A DNA stretch of 51,277 bases. It comes from Promethearchaeota archaeon. GTDB lineage: Archaea > Asgardarchaeota > Lokiarchaeia > Sigyniarchaeales > SOKP01. Location: positions 1 through 51,277 of the forward strand of contig JBHLON010000025.1 of the NCBI GenBank assembly GCA_048940445.1, written 5' to 3'. Made by a program: the position numbers and the translations under genes. Positions 29,262 to 38,042 of the stretch are shown in pieces. Numbering within the stretch: the first letter of the stretch is position 1; every line of letters begins with the position of its first letter. The notes under the pieces are model-generated. The model had not been told where the DNA came from. It was given only the letters and a program-made list of their open reading frames with translations, and searched no databases.

Positions 29262-30338
29262 ATGCAAGAATTTGAAATTGTAAGGAATTTATCAGTACGA
29301 ATTGTAGATCATCCCGAAGAAATCCTAAAATATATCCATATAGGAATAAGTATTCCAGTATTACCCCAATTTCATAAATATATTGTTAGTGATATTAAAG
29401 AATACAACGCAAAATCTATATTACTCGAAGAGGAAATTGATACTCAAATATTCGGAAAACTAACTGATAATATAATAGGCCATACCCTTGTCTATGATGA
29501 TGGAGGAGAAGTACTTTTCTTTGGATTTTTTAATGTATATGACCATGATCCAAAAAAAATTGAGTACTTAGTGGATCAGGTCATTAACTATGCTAAAGAG
29601 AATGATTTTAGCATAATTCGAGGCCCAATTAATGTACCGACTGTGATCTTTGGATGGGGTTTTATGGTTGAGGGAAGTCGAAAGGATTTATTTATTGGTT
29701 CACCTATTAATCCACCTATATATCAGCAAATATTCAGAGAAAAAGGGTTTATTGATAAGTTTCAAGAAGATAGATATTGGATGCCCGCTTTAAAGATGGA
29801 TCCCCATAACAATCCAGCACTAGTTAAGAAAGGAGTGGATTTTTCAGATTATGAATTCTCCAATCCAGGAAGAGAAGGACTAATGGCGATAAAAGATGAG
29901 TACATTGAGCTTCATGCGACTTACATGCCTCATTCAGCTCGTATTACTCCCAAAGCATCCAAAAATTTCGATAACATAGTTGATTTTACCCATTCGTTTG
30001 GTGCGGACTGGATGATGTGGATTGTAAGACACAAAGAAACGGGACAGATGTCTGGGTGTGGTTATATTATACCCGACGTGTTTCATTTGAATCGGAAAGG
30101 ACAGTTGGATTCAGTTAGCTTCCATGATTGGGTAGTACATCCCGATCATCGTAGAAAGTATCTGTCAATGTTAATGTACGGAGAAACCTCTTTACTAGCC
30201 AAAGATCATAAAACTCCTCACTACATTAATCGGGGTTCTTGGCCTGTAGGAGCAGATAATCTTGCCAATGCAAATGCAGCTATGAAAATGGGAGGAAAAA
30301 AAGATAGAAGCCATATTATCTTAGAAAAAACACTATAA
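29262..30338 (+). CDS. Tandem GNAT-fold protein of the YghO / bacterial ceramide synthase-like family
   Basis: FFGFF, RGPIN, GFxVEG, NPPxY...GFxxxxxD and VHPDHRRK acyl-CoA-binding-like motif. Confidence 0.65.
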   Translation: MQEFEIVRNLSVRIVDHPEEILKYIHIGISIPVLPQFHKYIVSDIKEYNAKSILLEEEIDTQIFGKLTDNIIGHTLVYDDGGEVLFFGFFNVYDHDPKKIEYLVDQVINYAKENDFSIIRGPINVPTVIFGWGFMVEGSRKDLFIGSPINPPIYQQIFREKGFIDKFQEDRYWMPALKMDPHNNPALVKKGVDFSDYEFSNPGREGLMAIKDEYIELHATYMPHSARITPKASKNFDNIVDFTHSFGADWMMWIVRHKETGQMSGCGYIIPDVFHLNRKGQLDSVSFHDWVVHPDHRRKYLSMLMYGETSLLAKDHKTPHYINRGSWPVGADNLANANAAMKMGGKKDRSHIILEKTL

Positions 30339-30357
30339 AAAAATTTTTTTTCGTGGT

Positions 30358-30732
30358 TTATTTCTTTCTTATTTTTTTTTCCATAAGTTTAGTATAAATA
30401 GAATTTATTTTAGTATCGACTTGAGTTAAAAGAGAGCTTTTTTTTTCTAAATCCTCTTGTAATTTCCTTACTTCCTTAATATCTGTTTTAGGATGTAGAA
30501 ATTCGACAAGAAAGGGGAGGTACTCTAATAGTTCTTCCACTACTAGCTCGCATTGTTGATAAATTTCTCTACGGAGCACTATCTCATTTACTTTCTTTTC
30601 CATCACATCTCTGATTAGAGCTTTCATTCTGAGCAACCAATCGGCATCAACCACTATTCTCTTAATATCTTCTCGTATCTCTTGGATAGTCTTTTTTTCT
30701 AATGTCATTGATTTATTCATACTTGAATTCAT
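30358..30732 (-). CDS. Small helical / coiled-coil hypothetical protein, last gene of the membrane operon
   Basis: 124-aa ORF starting 3 nt after the stop of the 1238-aa gene. Confidence 0.65.
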   Translation of the reverse strand: MNSSMNKSMTLEKKTIQEIREDIKRIVVDADWLLRMKALIRDVMEKKVNEIVLRREIYQQCELVVEELLEYLPFLVEFLHPKTDIKEVRKLQEDLEKKSSLLTQVDTKINSIYTKLMEKKIRKK

Positions 30733-30735
30733 ATG

Positions 30736-33700
30736 CTAAATCCCCTCTACAGATGCATAATCCTTAAGATTACTATAAAAGTCTCGAAATGCATGATACA
30801 ATTTATTAAGATTAGACTCTAATAGCTTTCCATCAATGTGTACATTCTCACTCTTATAAATTAAATCTTTCAAAGCTTCTAATGTATAAGGAAAATTTCT
30901 TAAATCTGAAAGTAGTGAAATAAGATCCTCAATATTTTCTCTCGTAATTGCATTTTGAGAGCCATAATAAGTTCGATACATACGTGCTAAGAATCGAGTG
31001 ATAAATTGTTTTGCATATTTGTGAAAGTTCAAGAAATCTTGGTTAGAAAGTGCTTTATGCATATAAAATAGTTCCCTTCTTACATCGGTTCCTAAGCTTT
31101 TATCTAATGCGTATTTAAGTTTTTGTTCTTTCTTTTGAGATACTACAGTTTTTGCGAAATCTTTAACAGAATCCGTTTCTTTCGATATAATAGCAACATC
31201 AATCCTACTAGTGTGTTTCGATTCATAATAGTCTGCTAAAGCTAAATCATACTGAGGGCCCACTGCATATGATGTTGCCATCTGTTCTCCTCCACCTGCA
31301 GTTCGGGGATGACTGGGAATGAGATATTTATGGTCAATCATAATTCCAAAGATCTGATTTCGTATGTTTCGCATCATAGTTCGGTCCTGACCAAATTTAA
31401 GTGAAATTGCTGGACCAAGAATATCCATTAATATCTTTAGTATTTTTTTCTTGAACAATCCCCCTACTTTTTCAACTGTCTTTATTGTTTCAAAAAAGGT
31501 CATAATTTCATCAAGAAAGATGACATATTCTCTAAAATTATTTTCAAATAATGTTGGTTTTGCTTGGGCAAGAATACGATGTTCACTATACCTTATGTCA
31601 TACCCTTGAGAACCCATATGCTTGACTATATCATGATATTCCATAGAGGGGAGTTGTGAAATATCTTCACCATCAATTGTTATAGGAAACGATTGGTAGA
31701 TGTCATCCCGTTTCATAAGCGCTCGATTGTTTATTAAATTTTTAAGATAGGGAATCTGATAAGTCTCTTTTCTTCGAGCATTATAATATCCTGTTCCATG
31801 GAGCTCATTTAAGTTCATATGGTTTGCTAAAACACTTATGTCTTGTTGATTGGTTCCTCTAAAAGTGACAATATTATGAAAAAAATTGAATACGTTAGAA
31901 TGTAAGTAATGGATATTATTACACAAGCAAATAAATCCAAAATTCTTCTGTAGTAAAGGTAAAAAAAACTTATTGATCTTACTATATTCCCCATTAGCAT
32001 CCAAAAATTTTTCTTGGAAGATAATATCTATGTGAGGGATAAAAAGAAATTTGGAATAAAATCGTGTGTTATGGTAAATATAATGTATAAATTTAGAGAG
32101 AATCACAAACACATAAAAGCATTGGCGTGTATAATCGGGATATTCGGATATATCGACGATAATTGTATGAGGTTTGGTTATGAATTCATGAGCTTTTGTT
32201 CTTTTTTCCTCTGATTGTGTAGCGTCATAAAAGAATGCCAAATCTTCAGCATCAAAATATTCAAGGTAGGAGAGAAGCGAATCACCATTAGAATCTTTTT
32301 CAAATGATGGTCTATTGTTAAACTCAACTTTCATAGCTTTAATATCGAGTCCTTGATGCTGGATCACAAAACTGCGAAACTTATTCATAATATATTTATT
32401 TGCCTTGATTGTAAATTGATAGGCATCATACATATATTGTAAATAGTGAAGATTATCGGGATCGTTCGGTACCATTTCAGAATGAATAGGATCTAAATTA
32501 AATGTCTTACCCAATTTGAAATAAAGTATATCACTGGCATATCTTGTTCCCTTAAAATATGTCAGTAATTTTCCCCAATTACCAGATATATCGAATACAA
32601 CAGAGGGGAGGTTCATTTTGATAAGTTCAGCCACTATTTTCATTGCTAAGAATTCACGCCTTTCATTTGTGCCGCAAGTAATGAGAAAAGAACGCAATTG
32701 TCTCAATAATAATCCTGCTTCTATTTCTAATTTACTTATTTCCGTATTGATGGTTTTCCCGAACACAACCTCATTCTTTAGATTCGTGGGAGTATTAAAT
32801 TCCGCAGCCACTTGCACTTGAGTACCTTTCTTTAATTCATCAGCTAAATAAATAATATACAAGAGCGTAGTGCCTTGAAAATAGACCTTTGCTAAATACG
32901 ATCCATTATATCGCAGGGAAGTATTTTTTAGGAACTCACATATCACTCCTGAACGCAATTTCATTTTTGAGAGAGGAGTAAGTGTATAGCTATTGGCATT
33001 AATATGGAAAACTTTTGAGATGGTATCTGCTTTTGTAGGCAACTCCTCTTCAATTTTTCGTATAGCATCTGTAGTAATATCCCTTATGGGAACAGAATAT
33101 GATGTTGAAATTAATATCGTAGCTTTCCACATCCCAGCCCTACGTCCTAACCACTTTTTTTCGTCAATCTCTCTCGTGACTTCTCTTGAAAGCTTATACT
33201 TTACATTATCTTTTAAATAATCTTGAGCTTGTTTCACAAATTCTAAATAGTGAACTGGAGTAGAAATGACTGTATAAGTAAAAGATAAGTCATGAGCAAT
33301 CACTCCCGATAAAAATTTCGAAAATGAACAATAAGGAGGGTCTATTACTTCAGTGACATTATATATTTGAATGCCCGTAATTTCGTGACTTCGAATATAA
33401 GCATAATAAATCTGGGGATTTTTTTTAGAGGTTAAAAACTGAATGTCATGAAAAGGTTGGATGATTACTACATTCTCATACCCAAAAATATTATTTTTAA
33501 TAAAATAAAATATAAAATCCCGTAGATACAGAAAGAATTGAGCAAATCCTATTATTATCATCAAAGGTAGTATAGAAAAGGGAGGGACTCCTAACATGAT
33601 AAATAATATAATAAAAAATGTATTTAATCCCAATGTAAATACTCCTTTTACCAGATTATGTTGTTTACTTCCCACCATAAGAGAGTTCTCTTCTGTATCG

Positions 33701-34452
33701 TATGTCTCTCTTTCATCAATTTTTTTATGGAACATTACACAACGAAACGCGTTAATTAATTCATGTCCTTTATATTGCTTAGTTTGAAAATGGTGGAAAT
33801 TTGCTGAGAACCCTGAAATTACTTGGCTTCCCACTGATTTTAATTGATCGTGCAAGAATTTTATTTTGCTCTCATTTAGCCATCCTGATACTGACCGAAA
33901 TACGGTAATAAAAATAGTGTCTCCTGTGGGACGATGCACTACTTGATAAGAGAATGAAGTTTTTGTTTCTAAAACTTGAAAAATGTTTATAAAATATCTC
34001 ATAGTAGCGTGAACAGTTTCGGGCTGTATTTCGATTTCAAAGATTTGAAGTCCCACAGTAAGCGAATCTACTTTATTAGTGTAAAACAAGGTTTCATTTT
34101 CATCCTTTATCATCCAAAAGACTAATTCTTTAAAGGGATTAAATTCTAGAGGGCGAAATAATTTTGCCAGTTGGAAGAAGGATTCATGGAATATAAGTAT
34201 AAATACAATGATAAAAGTTATTGCTAATCCTAATGATAAATATACATTATGACTCAAGAAATACATACATACCGCAAGTGTTATACCCATCCCAATTAAG
34301 AAGGTTGCCTTCAAGATTGAGAGCGTAAGATTGGTGTCTATATAAGAAGGATGAATATCAAAAATTGTCTTGAATTCATATTTGGATTCACTATTTTTCG
34401 ATTTACCTTCTTTCTCCGATTCAGTTAAAAAATGCGTATAAAACTCTCCCAT
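30736..34452 (-). CDS. Large membrane protein with a VirB4/HerA/FtsK-like P-loop fold domain, apparently catalytically degenerate
   Basis: Two TM hairpins. Fold landmarks: VVFG..., SFLITCGTNERRE (Walker A position), PSVVFDISGNW, FNLDP, TIIVDIS, KFLFIPHID (Walker B position), FGFICLCNN and IVTFR...DISVLANHMNL. Confidence 0.65.
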   Translation of the reverse strand: MGEFYTHFLTESEKEGKSKNSESKYEFKTIFDIHPSYIDTNLTLSILKATFLIGMGITLAVCMYFLSHNVYLSLGLAITFIIVFILIFHESFFQLAKLFRPLEFNPFKELVFWMIKDENETLFYTNKVDSLTVGLQIFEIEIQPETVHATMRYFINIFQVLETKTSFSYQVVHRPTGDTIFITVFRSVSGWLNESKIKFLHDQLKSVGSQVISGFSANFHHFQTKQYKGHELINAFRCVMFHKKIDERETYDTEENSLMVGSKQHNLVKGVFTLGLNTFFIILFIMLGVPPFSILPLMIIIGFAQFFLYLRDFIFYFIKNNIFGYENVVIIQPFHDIQFLTSKKNPQIYYAYIRSHEITGIQIYNVTEVIDPPYCSFSKFLSGVIAHDLSFTYTVISTPVHYLEFVKQAQDYLKDNVKYKLSREVTREIDEKKWLGRRAGMWKATILISTSYSVPIRDITTDAIRKIEEELPTKADTISKVFHINANSYTLTPLSKMKLRSGVICEFLKNTSLRYNGSYLAKVYFQGTTLLYIIYLADELKKGTQVQVAAEFNTPTNLKNEVVFGKTINTEISKLEIEAGLLLRQLRSFLITCGTNERREFLAMKIVAELIKMNLPSVVFDISGNWGKLLTYFKGTRYASDILYFKLGKTFNLDPIHSEMVPNDPDNLHYLQYMYDAYQFTIKANKYIMNKFRSFVIQHQGLDIKAMKVEFNNRPSFEKDSNGDSLLSYLEYFDAEDLAFFYDATQSEEKRTKAHEFITKPHTIIVDISEYPDYTRQCFYVFVILSKFIHYIYHNTRFYSKFLFIPHIDIIFQEKFLDANGEYSKINKFFLPLLQKNFGFICLCNNIHYLHSNVFNFFHNIVTFRGTNQQDISVLANHMNLNELHGTGYYNARRKETYQIPYLKNLINNRALMKRDDIYQSFPITIDGEDISQLPSMEYHDIVKHMGSQGYDIRYSEHRILAQAKPTLFENNFREYVIFLDEIMTFFETIKTVEKVGGLFKKKILKILMDILGPAISLKFGQDRTMMRNIRNQIFGIMIDHKYLIPSHPRTAGGGEQMATSYAVGPQYDLALADYYESKHTSRIDVAIISKETDSVKDFAKTVVSQKKEQKLKYALDKSLGTDVRRELFYMHKALSNQDFLNFHKYAKQFITRFLARMYRTYYGSQNAITRENIEDLISLLSDLRNFPYTLEALKDLIYKSENVHIDGKLLESNLNKLYHAFRDFYSNLKDYASVEGI

Positions 34453-34453
34453 G

Positions 34454-35287
34454 TTAGGATTCTCCTGATTTCAATAATTTTTTATATACAATTAAAAGTA
34501 CAATATCGCTTCCAGAGAATAATAGTAAATAGAAGCTAACTACCATAGTAATGTTGGGAAATAAAATCATCTCGTAAATGATGTTTATCCCCATAAACAT
34601 AAAAAATGCCATCACACCTAAAATGATATATTTTAAGTTTGATACCTCAGATATCTGATATATAAACGAATCCTGGATCCGCCCTTTTTTCTTAAGGGAT
34701 GTGATTGTGGTCTTCAATTTTTTCAAATATAATGCTTCCTCAAAGCATTCTTTATCAAAACCTTGCTCTAAGGATTTTTGTAGGTGTATTTCTTTCTGGT
34801 GAATATTATGTATTAACAATTGTTTTGATCGACTAGATTCGTGGTTTTTACCTTTAGTAGCCATCGTCATATATAAATTCAAATCAGTATCTCCGTGTAT
34901 AAAATCATTCCCTAAAATACCAAAGACATTGGGAACGTCAAGTTCTTGTAGCTCAAAATATAGGGAAAAAAGTTTTTTAATATGATCATATGGAAGTTCT
35001 CCTCGAAGTTTAAGGAATATAAGTTCTGTCACTTTCAAGCGTTCAATTATAGAAGCCATGAATACAGGACTCTTAATCAGGTTCTGAAAAACCATATTGA
35101 TGAATTCCATATACTGATACAAATGCTCATTTTCCTTCTTTTTTCGAGCCCGAATTCCTAAATTAGCTCCAATCTCATCAATTACGTTACTTAAAAGAAT
35201 GAATCCTACTACTGCTATTTTCTTATAATTTTGGGTTTGTTTGCAAAGATGGATAAGATGTTTTAGTTTTGAATCGACAATCTTCAT
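34454..35287 (-). CDS. Hypothetical protein with a helical N-terminal domain and two C-terminal TM helices
   Basis: 277 aa; overlaps the upstream gene by 4 nt; 1-nt gap to the next gene. Confidence 0.7.
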   Translation of the reverse strand: MKIVDSKLKHLIHLCKQTQNYKKIAVVGFILLSNVIDEIGANLGIRARKKKENEHLYQYMEFINMVFQNLIKSPVFMASIIERLKVTELIFLKLRGELPYDHIKKLFSLYFELQELDVPNVFGILGNDFIHGDTDLNLYMTMATKGKNHESSRSKQLLIHNIHQKEIHLQKSLEQGFDKECFEEALYLKKLKTTITSLKKKGRIQDSFIYQISEVSNLKYIILGVMAFFMFMGINIIYEMILFPNITMVVSFYLLLFSGSDIVLLIVYKKLLKSGES

Positions 35288-36006
35288 CCTTTTGTCACAC
35301 TCCTTTGATTTTTAATCGATTTTCTTGTTGTCTTATTTATTGAATCATTTAAAGGGAAATTACGAGTTAACTCTAGTTCCTCTTCTCGGATCAATTTATC
35401 GAAATCAATTGGTTCTTGAATGGTTTTTATATACGCATTCACATCCTCTTGTGGAGACGAAGAGGAATGCTCCATTGTAATTGATAATTTATAGTAGAAA
35501 ATAGAATAAGGAAATACTAGGATAAAACCTATTCCCTGCAGCAGATAACCCCACTCTATACTATAACTAAAAATGAGATTGAGATTTGGCTCATAAAATG
35601 ATATCCAGGGGATGTAATATTGATAAGGTATCAGATAAAAAACAGGATATATTACAAGAAAGAATCCCATGAGAAGAATGGAAAAGATAAGCACATAAGA
35701 GAATATTTTTCGTGGACTACGGAATACTACTCCAATCATGGAAATTATTAATGAAACAAAGAACACGATAATCATGGTAAGAGGTATTGGTTTTGCGACA
35801 GGAGTATAAAGTTCATTAAATACGGAACCTTCTCCAAAAATGGAATACCAGTTAAAAATAGGATTATATCCCCAATAGACTACGAGATTCCCACTCTGAT
35901 CTTTTGCCTGGAACAAATACCAATCAAAAAATAATGAGACTCCGGATATTATTATTCCAACAAGGAGCATAATTCGAAGTACATTTGATAATTTCATATC
36001 ATACAC
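35284..36006 (-). CDS. Four-TM membrane protein
   Basis: Four hydrophobic helices, an aromatic-rich loop after TM1 (SLFFDWY...WGY...NWY) and a charged C-terminal tail. Confidence 0.75.
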   Translation of the reverse strand: MYDMKLSNVLRIMLLVGIIISGVSLFFDWYLFQAKDQSGNLVVYWGYNPIFNWYSIFGEGSVFNELYTPVAKPIPLTMIIVFFVSLIISMIGVVFRSPRKIFSYVLIFSILLMGFFLVIYPVFYLIPYQYYIPWISFYEPNLNLIFSYSIEWGYLLQGIGFILVFPYSIFYYKLSITMEHSSSSPQEDVNAYIKTIQEPIDFDKLIREEELELTRNFPLNDSINKTTRKSIKNQRSVTKG

Positions 36007-36007
36007 C

Positions 36008-37957
36008 TTATTTTGCTAGGTATTCATCTAATTTTTCATCATATGTATCCTTGTTTTTATTTGACTCAAAGAGATTTTCTATCAGAGTATTTGAAGAGTT
36101 CTCAATTGGTGTGCTAAGCACTTGTTTCGTTCGATGTTCTTCGATTTGATTTAAGAGTTTATATTCTGAGGTTTTTCCAAAGCACTCATATCCAAATTGA
36201 AGCATAAGCTCATCTACAAGATCTCGATAAATTATTTCCAAACTAGCATCATCTAATTCTACTGGTTTTTGATAAGAAGGAATAGCAAATTGGTTTCTTA
36301 AGTCTTTTCGCATATTTTTAAATTTATAAAATAAATATCCTACCATTATTCCATAGACTCCTAGCATCGTATAACTCAGTCCAATAAATGGCAGTAATAA
36401 GGTTGGTATTTGAGTAAGGGCAATCATAATTGTGAGCCCCCCAAATCCCGCAGGAATAAGCGAATAATACATAAGTTTTTTTTGAAATTCTTGATTAGTG
36501 TGCTGGTAAGTATCCTCCGTTTGTTTAGCATCATTATACTCTTCAATATATCCATGTTTCTGTTCTAAAAATTCCAATAAATCAGTTATTTGAGAAGTTG
36601 AAATGTAATGGATATTATAAGTTCTCTGATACGCAAAAGGGATGGACTTCTCCACATATTTAACTTCATTATTAGAAATGAGGATGGGATCACAATATAC
36701 AGATATAATTTCTCTAGCAGAAAAAAGTGTAGACTCATTTTTTACTACTTGGTCCTGGACCATATCTATTTTAGTCATTAAAAAATTCTGTATATACTGA
36801 AAGAAATTACCGTTAATTGCCATCTCCTCAGAAATTATCTCTTGAGCATGGATTAAGTGGGACATATAAGATTTTATCAAGAAGTTGTGTTCTGCTTCTT
36901 GCTGATATTCAATAATATCTTCAGAGATTAATAATATATCCTCTATCTCAGCTATTTTAATAGGAGTGATTAATAGAATTTGTTGTTCAGGTTTGAACAA
37001 ATACATTTTAAAGAATAAAAGATCAATCTCCTGAAGGAAAGTTTCTTGAATAATTTGGGTTGGAACAGAATAAAAACCCTCAGATCCTACTTCCTTAATT
37101 ATTTGATCATAAATTGTAATAGGCTCCTCTTTAGCATGCTTCTCCAGATCTTGCATTTTTGGGTACTTCTCTTGATCATGGAGTTTTTCTACTTCTATAA
37201 TATCGGATTCATGAGGTAATTCGAAAATGCTTCTAATATGTTTAACTTTCTTTTTAGATAGTTCCTTTTCAATAAATACTTCATCCTCTATAGTTGCGTT
37301 ATCTTCTTCAATAGTTTCTATTTGTTCTTTTTGCGCTACTTCTGCTTTTAGAAACCGTTCTTGATAGGAGAACTGATCATTCTCCTCCGTTGATTTTGAC
37401 TTAATATCCTGTGAGACTAGGGCACTTTCGCTTTGTTCTTCATTTTTCACTTCTTTAACCGTTTTTATATTTAATTTTAATTGTGGAGTGTTTATAGCTT
37501 CGTAATCATTTTTAAGCCCTAAATACTCCCGTGCAGAGAGGATAAATTTATTTGCAGTTTCTATCCCGATCCCCCTAACACGGGATAGTATTTTTGGAGT
37601 AGAAAATGCAATTTTATTTATGGTAGTGTATCCAGCGTCCCATAACTTTCGTTTATGTGTAGGACTTACACCGTTGACCTTAGTTAAATCCTCATACAAT
37701 ATTTTCTCTAGTATAGCATCATTCTTAATTGGAAAATCTGAAGATTGCTCAGTAAGCGCTCGAGAGATTTCCTCAAACTTGTTCTTCCATTCAATATTAC
37801 TGTCTAATTCTGACTTTCTTAACCCCTTTTTAGATAACTCAACAGCCTGATCTATATCTCCGGATTCCAATGCCTGTTGAGTCATATCATAAAGATAACT
37901 CAACTCCCATTTCTTTTCCAATGATTCTTGCATACTGATAAGAAGTTTGCTCCTCAT
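36008..37957 (-). CDS. Membrane-anchored helix-hairpin-helix (HhH) DNA-binding protein
   Basis: Tandem HhH DLTKVNGVSP...DAGYTT...SRVRGIGIETANK (RadA/Rad51-N-like), an acidic linker, a globular domain and two TM helices near the C-terminus. True start may be ATG 37933 (leaderless spacing from the TATA box). Confidence 0.75.
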   Translation of the reverse strand: MRSKLLISMQESLEKKWELSYLYDMTQQALESGDIDQAVELSKKGLRKSELDSNIEWKNKFEEISRALTEQSSDFPIKNDAILEKILYEDLTKVNGVSPTHKRKLWDAGYTTINKIAFSTPKILSRVRGIGIETANKFILSAREYLGLKNDYEAINTPQLKLNIKTVKEVKNEEQSESALVSQDIKSKSTEENDQFSYQERFLKAEVAQKEQIETIEEDNATIEDEVFIEKELSKKKVKHIRSIFELPHESDIIEVEKLHDQEKYPKMQDLEKHAKEEPITIYDQIIKEVGSEGFYSVPTQIIQETFLQEIDLLFFKMYLFKPEQQILLITPIKIAEIEDILLISEDIIEYQQEAEHNFLIKSYMSHLIHAQEIISEEMAINGNFFQYIQNFLMTKIDMVQDQVVKNESTLFSAREIISVYCDPILISNNEVKYVEKSIPFAYQRTYNIHYISTSQITDLLEFLEQKHGYIEEYNDAKQTEDTYQHTNQEFQKKLMYYSLIPAGFGGLTIMIALTQIPTLLLPFIGLSYTMLGVYGIMVGYLFYKFKNMRKDLRNQFAIPSYQKPVELDDASLEIIYRDLVDELMLQFGYECFGKTSEYKLLNQIEEHRTKQVLSTPIENSSNTLIENLFESNKNKDTYDEKLDEYLAK

Positions 37958-37971
37958 TTATAAAGAAAAAA
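37957..37971 (-). promoter_or_regulatory. TTTTTTC-TTTATAAA promoter of the membrane operon
   Basis: TATA 37964-37957 lies 23 nt before ATG 37933. Confidence 0.6.
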
Positions 37972-38001
37972 TCTGAATAATTTAGATATAGATCTTTCAA
38001 A

Positions 38002-38016
38002 TTTTTTCTTTAAATA
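38002..38016 (+). promoter_or_regulatory. TTTTTTC-TTTAAATA promoter of the Hel308-like helicase
   Basis: TATA 38009-38016 lies 26 nt before ATG 38043. Confidence 0.6.
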
Positions 38017-38042
38017 TTGAGGAACTCACGAAAGATTGTAGA

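Noticed and set aside
30736-35287. Active HEPN RNase toxin domains (C-terminus of the 1238-aa protein, N-terminus of the 277-aa protein)
   Set aside because: The helical pattern is vaguely HEPN-like, but no correctly placed RxxxxH catalytic motif was found, so it cannot be supported.
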